This document shows, in pieces, positions 30,694-41,357 of a stretch of DNA of 64,000 bases (position 1 is the stretch's first letter; every line of letters starts with the position of its first letter). This stretch comes from a virus. Where the stretch lies: IMG/VR virus record IMGVR_UViG_3300042387_002391; one strand, given 5' to 3'. The position numbers and the translations under genes are program-made. The notes beneath the pieces were generated by a model. That model did not search any database, was not told the origin of the DNA, and was given only the letters and a program-made list of their open reading frames with translations.

Positions 30694-31771
30694 AATTCAG
30701 ATTTCTTTCTTTCGCATCTATCTTCTCTTTCTTTAATAGCCTTTTCCACTACTTCTTTAAGTTGAGGATTTGTCTTCAAAAACTTTTCTTTATTAAACTC
30801 TGGATGATCCATTAGAATATCCATAGCACTTTGCACAAATTCTGGATTATAGTTTATTTTTTCTTTCATGCTCCATTGTTCTTGACCTTCCACAAGAGGC
30901 ACTTTTGTATCAGAATTATTGCTATCTAAAAGCGGTTTCCATTTTTCAAATAGTTTTTTATCTTCTTCTGTTAGTATTTTCATATTTTTTCCTCTTAATT
31001 TAGTCTTTAATAGGAGCTACATCAGTTTTCATCGGAATATCCTTTTCAATTTTCCAAGCATCTTTGAACCACTTACACATCGGGTCTAAGTCTTCTAGCA
31101 CAGGAATATCTTTTTGAAACGTTAAGGTTTGCCCATCAGGCGAATTGGCATAAAGATTTCTCTCTTCTATTTTTTTAGACACGTAATTTACAAACTTATC
31201 TCGCATATCTGGTTTGTAATGATCAAAACCGCAACTAATATCGTCTAAAATATCCCACAATCTTTTTGCTATCAATTTGTAATTAATTTCGTCCATAATA
31301 TTTTTTCCTCTCAAGTCTAACTTCTTTTCTCTGCATGTCAAATTTTTTAATCTTATCCATAATTTTTTTATTTGGATATTTTCCGAAATCAAAATATCGA
31401 ATACTGAAAGGGGTTATCATTTTATAGAGTTTTGTAATCTCTCTATCTAACTTCTGTAACTTTTTAAAGATGGTCGAAGAAGCACGACTCGAACGTGCGC
31501 CGCTCATGCGTCCATGGTTGTTCTTTCCTAATCCTAAACTATTCTTCGAAATTTTCATATAAACGTTGTTACTAATCTCACAAGTAACGATCTAACGCTT
31601 TAACCGCCTTTGTTTCATTATCGTGATAATGTGTTGTAAAACAAATACCATAAAAAGAATCATCACATCCCATCTTAACGTCAAATGATGTTAAGATGTC
31701 TTCTATGGAATTAATACATTTTTCTAATACTTCTTCAGCTTCTGATTTGCTGTTGTATATTTTCATAAATT

Positions 31772-32389
31772 TTAAAATCTTGTTAAGATTTCAATTTCCC
31801 TAAAATGATACCATTCTCCATCTATGCGGTAAAAAATATTACCATAATCATTTAATTCGACTTCTAAATTCCCTTCAATAATTTTAGAATTTGCCATTTC
31901 AAACGGCTTTCTTTTTTTCGTAAACAAAACTTTCTTTGGAAAGTCAGGAGAAAGTTTTTCGAAATGAATTTTAAATTTTTTACCATTTTCGTTAATAAAA
32001 TAAAGATTATTATCTTCTTTAGTATATACAAATTGCTCTAAAACTCCTTTTTTGTTTGATTCGCTAACAACTTGTTCTTCGTTATTTGCTTTCATAAAAT
32101 GAAGAGTTAGATCGTTAATTTTAAGCGAATTTTTAAAACCAACGTCACCGCAGGTTAGGTATTTTTTTGTTTCCATATTTGTATTTTTTGTAGTATTTTT
32201 CCAAGTTATTGTTTTTTCAATTTCTTGCATTAAAGTTTTTTCGTCAATACCTTTCAATCTTTCACCATAACGGGATCTGTCGATATCATATTTTTCACCA
32301 TTTTTAACTGCTACGAAGGTTGATTTTCGCCACAAATCACAAAATCTATAATTTGTTTCTTCTTCTTTATTTTCAAATATAATAATCAT
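31772..32389 (-). CDS. Hypothetical protein
   Basis: 205 aa; TTGACA-N16-TAGAAT-N6-ATG at 32396-32423. Confidence 0.6.
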   Translation of the reverse strand: MIIIFENKEEETNYRFCDLWRKSTFVAVKNGEKYDIDRSRYGERLKGIDEKTLMQEIEKTITWKNTTKNTNMETKKYLTCGDVGFKNSLKINDLTLHFMKANNEEQVVSESNKKGVLEQFVYTKEDNNLYFINENGKKFKIHFEKLSPDFPKKVLFTKKRKPFEMANSKIIEGNLEVELNDYGNIFYRIDGEWYHFREIEILTRF

Positions 32390-32883
32390 AGTTTAATTCT
32401 AAAATGTTTTTCGGAAATGTCAATCTTTGTAATACATTTTTCTCAAGATATCAAACAAATTCTCTTTGCTTTCTTTTAGCATATCATCAAAGAAACAAAG
32501 ATCTATTTCCTCCAATTTAAAATCTGGAAGTCCGATTGTATGGATTCTTTTTCCTCCTTTTTCTTTGAGCGATAATTCTAGAGTATAAGTTTTGTTGTTC
32601 ATTTTACTCTCAAACTACAAATTTGTTCTAAAGCTGCATCATAAAGCATATTCTTTGCTGCTAGTGCTGACAATGCTTCTTCTTTTTCCTTTTTAAGATC
32701 GTTCACGCACTTGCACAACAAATCCGCAATATCTTTAATACCCTGAAAACTACCAACAGAATTTATTTCAACTTCCGGTAAAGTGTTTTTTGTTTTTTCT
32801 TTAATGTAAACAAATGTTGAAGCTGCTTCCGCAAGAAGAGCACCAAAATTATTTTTTATTAGTTTTTCGTCGTCATTCATATT

Positions 32884-33102
32884 TCAATAAATATCAAATG
32901 CGTGTTCTGCTAAAATATCACGTAATTCACTGTCTCTTTCTCTAACATCCATTTTTACAGCCTCTATCCACTTCTTGGGAAGATTAATATCTTTTACGTT
33001 TTCATCAAGCCATAAAATATAATCTGGATCAATATCAGCAATCTCATCAAAAGTTTTGCCTTTATATTTTCCGAAAGTAATTGTGTCTTCTGGTTTATTC
33101 AC
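32884..33102 (-). CDS. FGKYKG-motif protein (exonuclease X C-terminal-like)
   Basis: ITFGKYKGKT...DPDYILWL. Confidence 0.7.
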   Translation of the reverse strand: MNKPEDTITFGKYKGKTFDEIADIDPDYILWLDENVKDINLPKKWIEAVKMDVRERDSELRDILAEHAFDIY

Positions 33103-33440
33103 ACGTCTAAGTCTTCTAACTGGATGCTGAGTCTATATTGCAGATCTTTAATATTTTCCACAGACCTATTAATTCTTTGAACGATTGCAGATTCTGGACG
33201 TTCTGATTTTGCTTTAGTGTCAAAGCATTTTTCTTGTACAGGTCTATCACAAGGATTAGAAACCCATTCCAATCTTTTGATTAGATTACTTTGTAGGTCA
33301 GAAAGTTTTTCAATTGCATATTCTAATTCTCCGAGTTGTTCATAAACTGGAATTATTTTTGCAGTTAGCTCCTCTGGATGAGGCTCTGGACAGTTGTTTT
33401 GTCTATCTTCTTTTCTTGCTTCGTAGTTGTATGTTTACAT
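33099..33440 (-). pseudogene. ORF with a nonsense codon at position 2
   Basis: ATG TAA followed by 111 open codons ending at a TGA that overlaps the next start. Confidence 0.65.
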
Positions 33441-34098
33441 AAATTATTCTGGAATTTTCACTTCACCTGTAAGAACATAATGATTGTGAACTTCTCTAGC
33501 AAATTCCATTTTGTTCATTTGATAGTGTAAATGATTAATATAATTTTGTTTATCATCTTCAAAAAAATCGGGATTAAGTTTTAGATCAGCAATCTTATCA
33601 CTAAGCATTGCTTTAATCTTTTCTATTTGTTTGTCAAAGTGTGTTTTCATGTTTTTTGTATATCGCATTGTGCAGAAAAGCAAAAGCATTTTCTGCTCTA
33701 GCTCCCCACTCATATTCTCTACCATTAGACCAATCCAAGCAATTCAAAATTGCCTCTCGATACATATCTCTTTCTTTTTTTATTTTGGAATAAATTTCAA
33801 ACCAATCAGTAGGTGATAGTTCTTTATATTTAAAATTAGAATCACCAGTAGTATCACTCATAATATTTTTCATAATGTTAATTCACTTTAATTTTCTGAT
33901 AACCAATTTCTTCAATTACTTCACCGTCTTTGAGCAAACGGTGTTTGTAGTTCTGATTATAATAACTTTTCAACATAGACCAAGCACCTTCTGCAAATGA
34001 TTTTTGCATACAATCATAAGGATATAAAAGTGACCATCGATTATGTTCGGGTGTATCTGGATATTCCCAGAATCTTTCAATTTTGTAAAGGCTTTTTT

Positions 34099-34230
34099 TC
34101 ATTTTTCTTTCTGAATTTTCTTAACCAATTTCTTCAATCCACGTTCACCAAGTTTCAAAAAATTTGGATGATTTGAAACTTTAGTTGCCAAATCTTTTCC
34201 ACCTTTTAGTTTTTTAAGTTCTCTACTCAT
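34099..34230 (-). CDS. 43-aa basic leaderless protein
   Basis: MSRELKKLKGGKDL...; TTGACA-N17-TAGTAT-N7-ATG at 34238-34266. Confidence 0.6.
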   Translation of the reverse strand: MSRELKKLKGGKDLATKVSNHPNFLKLGERGLKKLVKKIQKEK

Positions 34231-34246
34231 TCACATAATACTATTA

Positions 34247-34582
34247 TTATCCGTAGGAAATGTCAAGCCAATTTGTTTCGTCTGGCATTTTTTCTACATT
34301 TACTCCAGCTTCTTTGGATTTTTCTATAATGTTATGTAAAACACCATAACCATATGCAGTGGAACCATAACGTTTTTCGTTACAGGCATAAACAGAACCA
34401 GAATAACCTTCAAACATATAGAAATTTCCTTCTTTTGTAACTTTTGTAATACCGCTATTCAACTTCCATGAATCTCCGTCCAAATATCCACCGTGCCAAC
34501 AAGCAAATACTTTATAGGTCAAAGGATATTCTTTTCCTTCAATTTTAACAACTAACCATTTATCTGGACAATACTCACTCAC
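34247..34582 (-). CDS. Conserved hypothetical phage protein
   Basis: PDKWLVVKI...YKVFACWHGGYLDGDSWKLNSGI. Confidence 0.75.
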   Translation of the reverse strand: MSEYCPDKWLVVKIEGKEYPLTYKVFACWHGGYLDGDSWKLNSGITKVTKEGNFYMFEGYSGSVYACNEKRYGSTAYGYGVLHNIIEKSKEAGVNVEKMPDETNWLDISYG

Positions 34583-35605
34583 GATTCAATAATAAATTCA
34601 TCCTCTTTGCATTTATCTGGAGAAAGATATAAAGAAATTGTTTGTTCTTCATCAACCCATGTTCCAAAAAGAACTGGAAATTCTAAATCGTTTAGATTAT
34701 GTTCAAATTTATATTTTGAAGACATTTGAAGATATGTATAAACTTTTGGACCACAGTACAGTACACCAAATCTTTTCTTACTGGACAAAAATTCATCAAT
34801 TTTTTTAATAATTTCGATATGAGTTACTGTAGGATTATCAGCTATTACATCTTCTAGTTTATATGTTGTTTTTGTATTCATTGTTTATTAAAAAGAGTTC
34901 TCACTAAATCACAAAGGTAAGCAAGTGGAGCAGTTATTAAAATTAAAGTTCCAATCCAAATCCAAAAAGAGGAAAATATAAATTGTAGTATTTGTAGCAT
35001 AATTTTTATTTTTTAATCATTTCTGCTGCTTTTTCTACCAGATAAACTTTTGGAGCTACTTTAATTTGAATCACATCTTTAACACTACAAAAAAGATTTA
35101 CAACTAAAAATACAACAATAGGAAAAATAAAAACTAGAATTATAATCATCAACGGGTTTTCATCTTCAAAAGATTCAACAAGATTCTTTTTAAATTTAAT
35201 AAAAAGACCAAAAGTTATTACTAATAAAATTAAAATTCCTACAATGTTAATTAGTCCATTATAAAAATTCCAAATCAAAAATTCTTGAATAAACAAAGGA
35301 ACTTCTGCATTTGCCCAATTTGTTACATTACTTGCTTGATCAATTATCCAGTTTTGTATATTTTGATTCATAATTTTAATTTTCAATAATATCAAACCAA
35401 GTTAGTTCTACTTCTTCGTTTGTTTCTTCTAGTATAACTCCAGTTGAAGAAGAAGCAACACTAATTTTCTTTACTGTATAAACTTGTCCAGATACTAGCT
35501 TCTTTGCGTTCTCAATTCTATTTGTAAACCAATGCATGGTAGATTCTCTAAACATAATTTTGTCTCCAACTTTGGTGTTTAGATATGTTGCGTATTTTCT
35601 AGGTA

Positions 35606-36121
35606 TCATTCTAAAATATGTCCTCTAAATGTGTATTTTATTTCTGGAGTTCCAAACAACGGTCTTTTTGGGATTATAGTGTACATCCCATTATCAGCAG
35701 TCCCGACCATATGAGCTTTAATAGAGACAACAATCATATACAGTAGATATTTTTTATCTTTTAAAAAGTCTTTCATTTCTTGCAATGAATTAAAAATAAT
35801 AAATGTGGCAGCTTCTACTTTAGTTTTATATGTAAAGACAGGTGCTGTGATATAACCCGAAGCATTGTTAATAATTTCACAATCAAAATTATAATGATAA
35901 TTGCTTTGATTGCAAAGATCTTCAACCCTGTCTGGATTAGGTCCAGTTCCCTTTGTGTTTTTGTTTTCAATATCAATCTCTTTTATGATCTGTAACCATT
36001 CAGTTGCATCTGTTATGCAATTCAAATCGTTCTTATCAACCTCATCTTGAACCATGCTAGATTCAATTTCTTCTAGTTCTTTTGTTACTATACCTGTTAG
36101 TGTTTCTATTTCCGTATTCAT
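35606..36121 (-). CDS. Hypothetical protein
   Basis: 171 aa ORF. Confidence 0.6.
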   Translation of the reverse strand: MNTEIETLTGIVTKELEEIESSMVQDEVDKNDLNCITDATEWLQIIKEIDIENKNTKGTGPNPDRVEDLCNQSNYHYNFDCEIINNASGYITAPVFTYKTKVEAATFIIFNSLQEMKDFLKDKKYLLYMIVVSIKAHMVGTADNGMYTIIPKRPLFGTPEIKYTFRGHILE

Positions 36122-36394
36122 TTGTTCATTTTTTTAATTGTGCTATTTCTTCTTTGAGTTTTTTGTTCTCAAGAATAAGATCTGTAATGACATCATGTTG
36201 AGCTATAACAACGGGATTTTTAGTATGTTTTTTTAGCACACCTCTTTTCACATAGAAATCCAAAGTTTCTTCTGAATATTCATTAATCAAATGCCCTTTG
36301 TCTTTAAACTTTTTCATCTCTTGCAAATAGAATGTTTCGTTTTCATGATTATAAACAAACAATTCTCCATCATCAATTCTTTCGTAAAATATAT

Positions 36395-36718
36395 TCATTT
36401 AGAATAAAAAATAATTAAAATTAAAATAAAAACAATCGCAACAGACAGAATAATTGAAGTATCGATTAAATGTCTCAGAAATTTATTAGTAGCTTTTTTA
36501 AATTCTTGTAGCTCTTTTTGTAGTTTTTCTATTCGTTCCTCTGCAATTGCTTTGTTTCCGTATATTTCAGCCGAAATATAATGTAGTTCAGACTGCAATG
36601 CCTTCACACATACATCAGCATCTTCCTTCAATTTGAAAACTGTTTCTTTATTTGTGTGTATTTCAGCTTGCATTACATTTAGATCTTTGCTTGTATCGTT
36701 TGCTAATAATTGCTTATA
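36395..36718 (-). pseudogene. 3' part of the gene interrupted by the TnpB element (C-terminal TM helix)
   Basis: YKQLLANDTSKDLNVMQAEIH... joins in frame to 38274-38371 at TATAA. Confidence 0.55.
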
Positions 36719-36734
36719 ACATATAAAAATATAC

Positions 36735-38099
36735 CTAATGTATAATTTTAGTCAAGCTTTTTTCGTTTGGAGGGATTACTTGCTCCTCCATGATCACTTC
36801 GTTTTCAGTCCAGTAAAATCCTGTCCTGTTAATTTGTTGATCAAACACCCATAACGGGACCTCACAGAGGCAGAGTCTTAGATTGGCAGCAGCATTCATG
36901 TCTGCATCGGCTGTGTGACCACAGCTCCTACAGAGGAATGTCTTTCCTTTTCTATTCTTCTTGTTAACATAACCGCAACTACTACATCTCTGAGAACGAA
37001 ACTTATTAGGAACTTCAGTGAATGTAAAACCTTCACTTTCACTGAGTCTTTCTAGCTTCTCTTTTATCAGAGTGTATTTCCATCTCTTCAAATAATTTGA
37101 AGTATTCTTTCCTTTTCTTATTTGAAAAATCTTTTCTAGTCTTACTTCCTTTACGTTGTTAAAAGTAAGTTCATTTAAGCACCAGTTAACATAGTTCTTT
37201 CGTTCAGCTTGTGCTCTCTTATACCCTTTAGAATCTGGCTTTCTTCTACTGAGCGTCTTCTGAATGTCCGTTAAGTCTTTTCCGTGCTTGTTCTTTTTGG
37301 TGAATTGACCATCAGACATTGAAAGGCAAGTCGTGACGCCTTGATCACATCCGACTACTTCTCCTTCTGTTTTAACGGAGCATTCAATTTCCCATATCAA
37401 ATCCGCTTCCTTGTTGCTCAGAAGAGCTATTGCACTAATCTTTCTCTTGGCACCTTTCTTTAAAAGCTTCTTTGAGTGCTTATGATAATTTAAAGGAACT
37501 GTTAGAGTTCCATGATCTCCTGCTAAAGAAAGTCTTATGAACTCATCAAAAGAGAAGCTCTTGTTGTTTTTGTTCTGTTTAAAAACCTTTACTACGTCTG
37601 GTCTTGAAATTGTTATTTTAAAATCTTTAGGAAGAGAAGGCTTGACTAAGGAGTTCTTATTAACTTTGCTTTGCAGGATCTTTATGCTCTGTTGCTCTTT
37701 GGAAGAAGCTTCTCCTCTACTTAGTTTCTTTTGCAGCTTCTTTAGTTGATACACTCTTTTAGAGTGCTTTGTTGTAGCTCCTTTCAAGATTCCGAGAGCC
37801 TGAAGACCTGCCGTTTGTCTCAGCATTCCTCCTAAAGAGGTTTGAAATGTTTCTAAAAAAGTGCTGTCGAAAAACTTTGGTGCCTCTAAAGAGCCTTTAG
37901 AAGGATAATAATCAGCATATCCTCGATCCCAAACATGATCTATCAATTTAGAAACCAAATTTTTGTATTCAGAAATAAAGAGGTTCAGAGAGTCTTGTTT
38001 TCCTTTGTTTGGAAAGATCTTATGACGAGAAGTTCTATAAGAGACCTTGGTCTTCTGATCTAGCTCTTTTTCAGAGTTTATTTCTAAAATGTATTCCAT
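36735..38099 (-). CDS. tnpB: TnpB-family RNA-guided nuclease
   Basis: RuvC triad VVGCDQG, VRLEKI, ADADMNAAANL; zinc ribbon SQRCSSCG...CRSCG. Confidence 0.92.
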   Translation of the reverse strand: MEYILEINSEKELDQKTKVSYRTSRHKIFPNKGKQDSLNLFISEYKNLVSKLIDHVWDRGYADYYPSKGSLEAPKFFDSTFLETFQTSLGGMLRQTAGLQALGILKGATTKHSKRVYQLKKLQKKLSRGEASSKEQQSIKILQSKVNKNSLVKPSLPKDFKITISRPDVVKVFKQNKNNKSFSFDEFIRLSLAGDHGTLTVPLNYHKHSKKLLKKGAKRKISAIALLSNKEADLIWEIECSVKTEGEVVGCDQGVTTCLSMSDGQFTKKNKHGKDLTDIQKTLSRRKPDSKGYKRAQAERKNYVNWCLNELTFNNVKEVRLEKIFQIRKGKNTSNYLKRWKYTLIKEKLERLSESEGFTFTEVPNKFRSQRCSSCGYVNKKNRKGKTFLCRSCGHTADADMNAAANLRLCLCEVPLWVFDQQINRTGFYWTENEVIMEEQVIPPNEKSLTKIIH

Positions 38100-38109
38100 A
38101 AGTAATTTT

Positions 38110-38178
38110 TAGAGAGGACAGCTAGGTTTTATTCCAGCTTAGTTTCTTTAAAGTTGACGCTTTAAAGATCACTCTCTA
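38110..38178 (-). ncRNA. Predicted three-way-junction structure in the tnpB 5' leader
   Basis: P1 TAGAGAG/CTCTCTA, P2 TCTTTAAAG/CTTTAAAGA, imperfect P3 ACTAAGCTGG/CCTAGCTGT. Confidence 0.5.
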
Positions 38179-38179
38179 T

Positions 38180-38209
38180 ATTTTACTTATCTAAAATGAT
38201 CAAATTTTT
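38180..38209 (-). promoter_or_regulatory. Late promoter upstream of tnpB, 28/30 identical to the tail-tube promoter
   Basis: GATAAGTA core; matches 56993-57022. Confidence 0.7.
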
Positions 38210-38273
38210 CTTCTGTTTACAGAAAATATTTTTGCACTAAGATATTGTTACAGGACTTTAATATAATGAACTA

Positions 38274-38371
38274 TTATACCACATATATTCAAAATGATGA
38301 AAGTTAAACTTTCTGAGAGTTTCTTGAAGCTTCTCCGCTCTTTTAAAGTATTTTATTGTATTAGCATTCAT
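38274..38371 (-). pseudogene. 5' part of the gene interrupted by the TnpB element
   Basis: MNANTIKYFKRAEKLQETLRKFNFHHFEYMWY, then a stop inside the element. Confidence 0.55.
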
Positions 38372-38381
38372 ATTTAAAGTT

Positions 38382-38849
38382 TTAAGACATTCTGCTATAA
38401 GTTTTAATGTCTACTGCATTGTTTTTATATTCGTAGCAATGTTGATAACCAAAAGCTCCATTATAAATTCTTTTTATCTTACCATCATCATATTTTTCCA
38501 CTTGCAAAATTGTAAATGTTTTAAAAGCATCATCCCAAGAAACTTTTTGCTTAATAAACATCCCAATACTTTTAAACATAGTATGCCCAAATCTAATAAT
38601 TAAAGCATCATCAACATCGATTTTATAAAAATTTAATAGCCTACCATCTTGAGAATAAAGTGTTTTATTAGGCCATCCCAACGCATGATCTAAATTGTTA
38701 TAAATTTCATACAAATCATCTTTTATGACATCAAGGAAGTTTTTATTATCCAATTTTGATTTATCGATAAGAATTTTTTGTCCTTCATTATATTCATCAT
38801 AAGATAAAAACCAACAATTTTTAGTATCAATTTTATCTATGTTTCTCAT
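38382..38849 (-). CDS. Hypothetical protein
   Basis: 155 aa ORF. Confidence 0.6.
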   Translation of the reverse strand: MRNIDKIDTKNCWFLSYDEYNEGQKILIDKSKLDNKNFLDVIKDDLYEIYNNLDHALGWPNKTLYSQDGRLLNFYKIDVDDALIIRFGHTMFKSIGMFIKQKVSWDDAFKTFTILQVEKYDDGKIKRIYNGAFGYQHCYEYKNNAVDIKTYSRMS

Positions 38850-39181
38850 ACTTTTTCTTCAAACTCATATTCTTTTGTTTCTAACCTGTCCTCCAACCAA
38901 GCCTTCAATGCCCAATGATAATATGTGTAATTTGGATCTCCTTCATAATGAAAGAAAGCATGACCAAGATCAAAAATTACTTCTCTATAAATTTTTTCTT
39001 TCAATCTTTTTAAATGTTTACAAGTAAAACTTCTTAAACTAATTGAAGACTCCATGCCAAAGTCCCAAACAAAATGCACTGCTCCCGTTACTCTGTCGAC
39101 ATAATAAACATCAAAGTAGATAGGTTCTTTGCAAGTGAAATGACCTAGTTCTTGAAATGTTTCTGGAAGATAGAGTTTCAT
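38846..39181 (-). CDS. Hypothetical protein, near-identical to 23793-24122
   Basis: MKLYLPETFQELGHFTCKEP... Confidence 0.8.
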   Translation of the reverse strand: MKLYLPETFQELGHFTCKEPIYFDVYYVDRVTGAVHFVWDFGMESSISLRSFTCKHLKRLKEKIYREVIFDLGHAFFHYEGDPNYTYYHWALKAWLEDRLETKEYEFEEKV

Positions 39182-39540
39182 AATAATTCTGGATTAGCAA
39201 ACTTGTTACCAATTACCTTAACTTCACAATATTCGTTCAAGTGTGGCAACCAAAAAAAGCTAAGAGTTCCTTCATGTTTAATAAATTTTGCCAAATATGC
39301 TCCTTCAACAAATTGAATCTCTGCTCTGTGTAATCCTTCTCTATCTTTTCTTTTTAATTCAATTATATCGCCTTCCCATATTTCATTTCCAAAATCATCC
39401 TTTAATCCTGTATATTGAGAAGGAATTAAAATCCTCCATTCTCTTTCATCAAACAATTCATCTACATAGCCGTTATATTTGTATTGTTCTACAAATGATT
39501 TTCCCTGTGGACTCCAGAAACGAAACTTGATGCTTCTCAT
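39178..39540 (-). CDS. YopX family protein
   Basis: MRSIKFRFW...SQYTGLKDDFGNEIWEGDII...KVIGN. Confidence 0.88.
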   Translation of the reverse strand: MRSIKFRFWSPQGKSFVEQYKYNGYVDELFDEREWRILIPSQYTGLKDDFGNEIWEGDIIELKRKDREGLHRAEIQFVEGAYLAKFIKHEGTLSFFWLPHLNEYCEVKVIGNKFANPELL

Positions 39541-40332
39541 CTTGTTTTTAAGATTTCTTTGACTTGCTCTGGAGTCCAACCTTTTTGAATTGCTTCTTTA
39601 ATTAGATTGGCTTTGATTTCTGTTTCTTTCACATCAGTGTACGCCAAACAGCCCATAAGGACCAAACTAAGAGCAATGAAAGAAATACAAGCTGCAATGA
39701 ATGGATCAATTTGTGTTTTCATGATTCAATTGTATATGTTGTTTTTAATTTTACAACTTCAAACTCTAAAAAATTTTCATTGCCGTAGTTTGGCATACCA
39801 TTAAAAATACTGCATCTCAAAAATGTTTCCAAATAACCTTTTGTTCTTGATATAGTGCAATGTTTAAAATCTACCAAAGTTATAACAGTTACTGTTAACT
39901 CCAACTCATCATTTTCAAATTCAATCCATTTCTTCGTAGGTTTATGACGAAGAGCATAACGAATCTCTTCAAATATTTCTTTGTCTTCTTTCATAAACAA
40001 TTGTCAGTCTTTGATGATGAGATTTTTGTCATTCTCGATTTTCCAGCCCCACTTTACATCAAACCAAGCATGCTCCTTCTCCATCATTTGCTTGGTAAAT
40101 TTGAGATCCTTTCGACCTTCTGCTACAAACCATTTCTTGAACTCTTCGGATTGTTCTTCAGTCCAAGTTTTCAGACTGTACCAATTTTCTTGATCTGCAA
40201 AATCTCCATCAAATTTTTCAAAGCCAACCATCTGAAACATTTTGTCTAGTGCTTTTCTCAGGAATTTGTCATAGTTTTTCATAAGTTAATTCTAAAAGAT
40301 TTTTAATAATTGTCAAACAGTTTGTTTTGATA

Positions 40333-40722
40333 TCAATAAATATCTTGCTCAAGCCATTCTTTAAGTTCTTCTGGTCCGCCTTTGCTAACCCATTCATCAT
40401 ATGACATCCATTTTAATTGAAAATGTTCAGGATTGCGATTCATTCCTTTTTCGTCTTCATACTTTTCAATGTATTTTTTGAGAAGAGGATCGTCGTGCCC
40501 TTCGAAGTCGACGTACAGAAGGCCGGTCCAACCACAAATCATGCTCATCGAGCCCATTTCGTCGTAAAATATATTATTTTCTCGAAACCAACGAATTTGT
40601 TCAAAATCGACTTCTCCATAACATGAATCATATTCATGCTTTTTAGAATTGATGTCTAAAAGAAATATATCTCTCTTCTTTTCATCAAAATATTGGTGAC
40701 TAATTTTAACTAATTTTGGCAT
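40333..40722 (-). CDS. Hypothetical phage protein
   Basis: Start MPKLVKI; GWTGLLYVDF motif. Confidence 0.6.
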   Translation of the reverse strand: MPKLVKISHQYFDEKKRDIFLLDINSKKHEYDSCYGEVDFEQIRWFRENNIFYDEMGSMSMICGWTGLLYVDFEGHDDPLLKKYIEKYEDEKGMNRNPEHFQLKWMSYDEWVSKGGPEELKEWLEQDIY

Positions 40723-41357
40723 TTTATTTTTCTCCTTCCTCTTCATCGTATTGGAAATCTGCTTCGCAGTTAATTCCAAAGTGTTTCAAAATATCTTCAA
40801 TAACAGTCAGATCACAAAAAGCATCAGTGCCGTCTGTTACTTTTTTGCCGTCTACAAAATAATCATAACCAGTCTCGTAACAACATCCATCACCACATTC
40901 ATAAGTGTAGTGCTTAGCAGTTAGTTTATGAACTTTATCTTTGTTTGTTTTCATCAAATTTTCCAAGTCATTTTTTCCACTGTGTCATAACACGAGCTAC
41001 AAGGTTCTGGATCGCTCTCACAATCATCATATTGAAAAAGTTGCACAACATCCTGAAAAGATATTGCGTTGCCTCTGATTCCTTCTTTAATCTTGACAAA
41101 CAAGTAATCTAGAATTTCTTCTTGTTTTTCTGTAGAAATGTCAGAAAAAGGCTGATCATTAACATAAAAATTAAATGCAGTGCAGCCAGTTACTTCTTCA
41201 AATTTGTATTTAAAATTTTCCATGCTTTTCTTGTATTTCTTTTTCTACAATTTGTTCTAATTCTTCCATGTCTAATTTGCTTTGTTTGTTGATGAAGTAG
41301 CTAAAAACAAAAGCTGATAATACTAATGCAAGAATAACTAAAAAGAACAAGATTTTT

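Larger units (their letters stand above)
36714..38273 (-). mobile_element. Non-autonomous IS200/IS605-related TnpB element (no tnpA)
   Basis: 1560 bp between two TATAA copies; removal restores a 138-codon ORF. Confidence 0.6.

Noticed and set aside
22385-33440. Stop-codon reassignment suggested by in-frame TAA/TGA at 22565, 26241 and 33435
   Set aside because: TAA and TGA terminate nearly all genes, often in ATGA overlaps; isolated pseudogenes explain these cases
38110-38178. Hammerhead ribozyme in the tnpB leader (GAAAC...GUC within a three-stem topology)
   Set aside because: The catalytic CUGANGA core is absent (GUGAUC instead); kept only as an unassigned structure
36400-38400. CRISPR array or Cas12f locus around tnpB
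   Set aside because: No repeat-spacer units or cas genes visible
23793-39181. Diversity-generating retroelement template/variable repeat pair
   Set aside because: No reverse transcriptase in the window, and the differences are not adenine-specific
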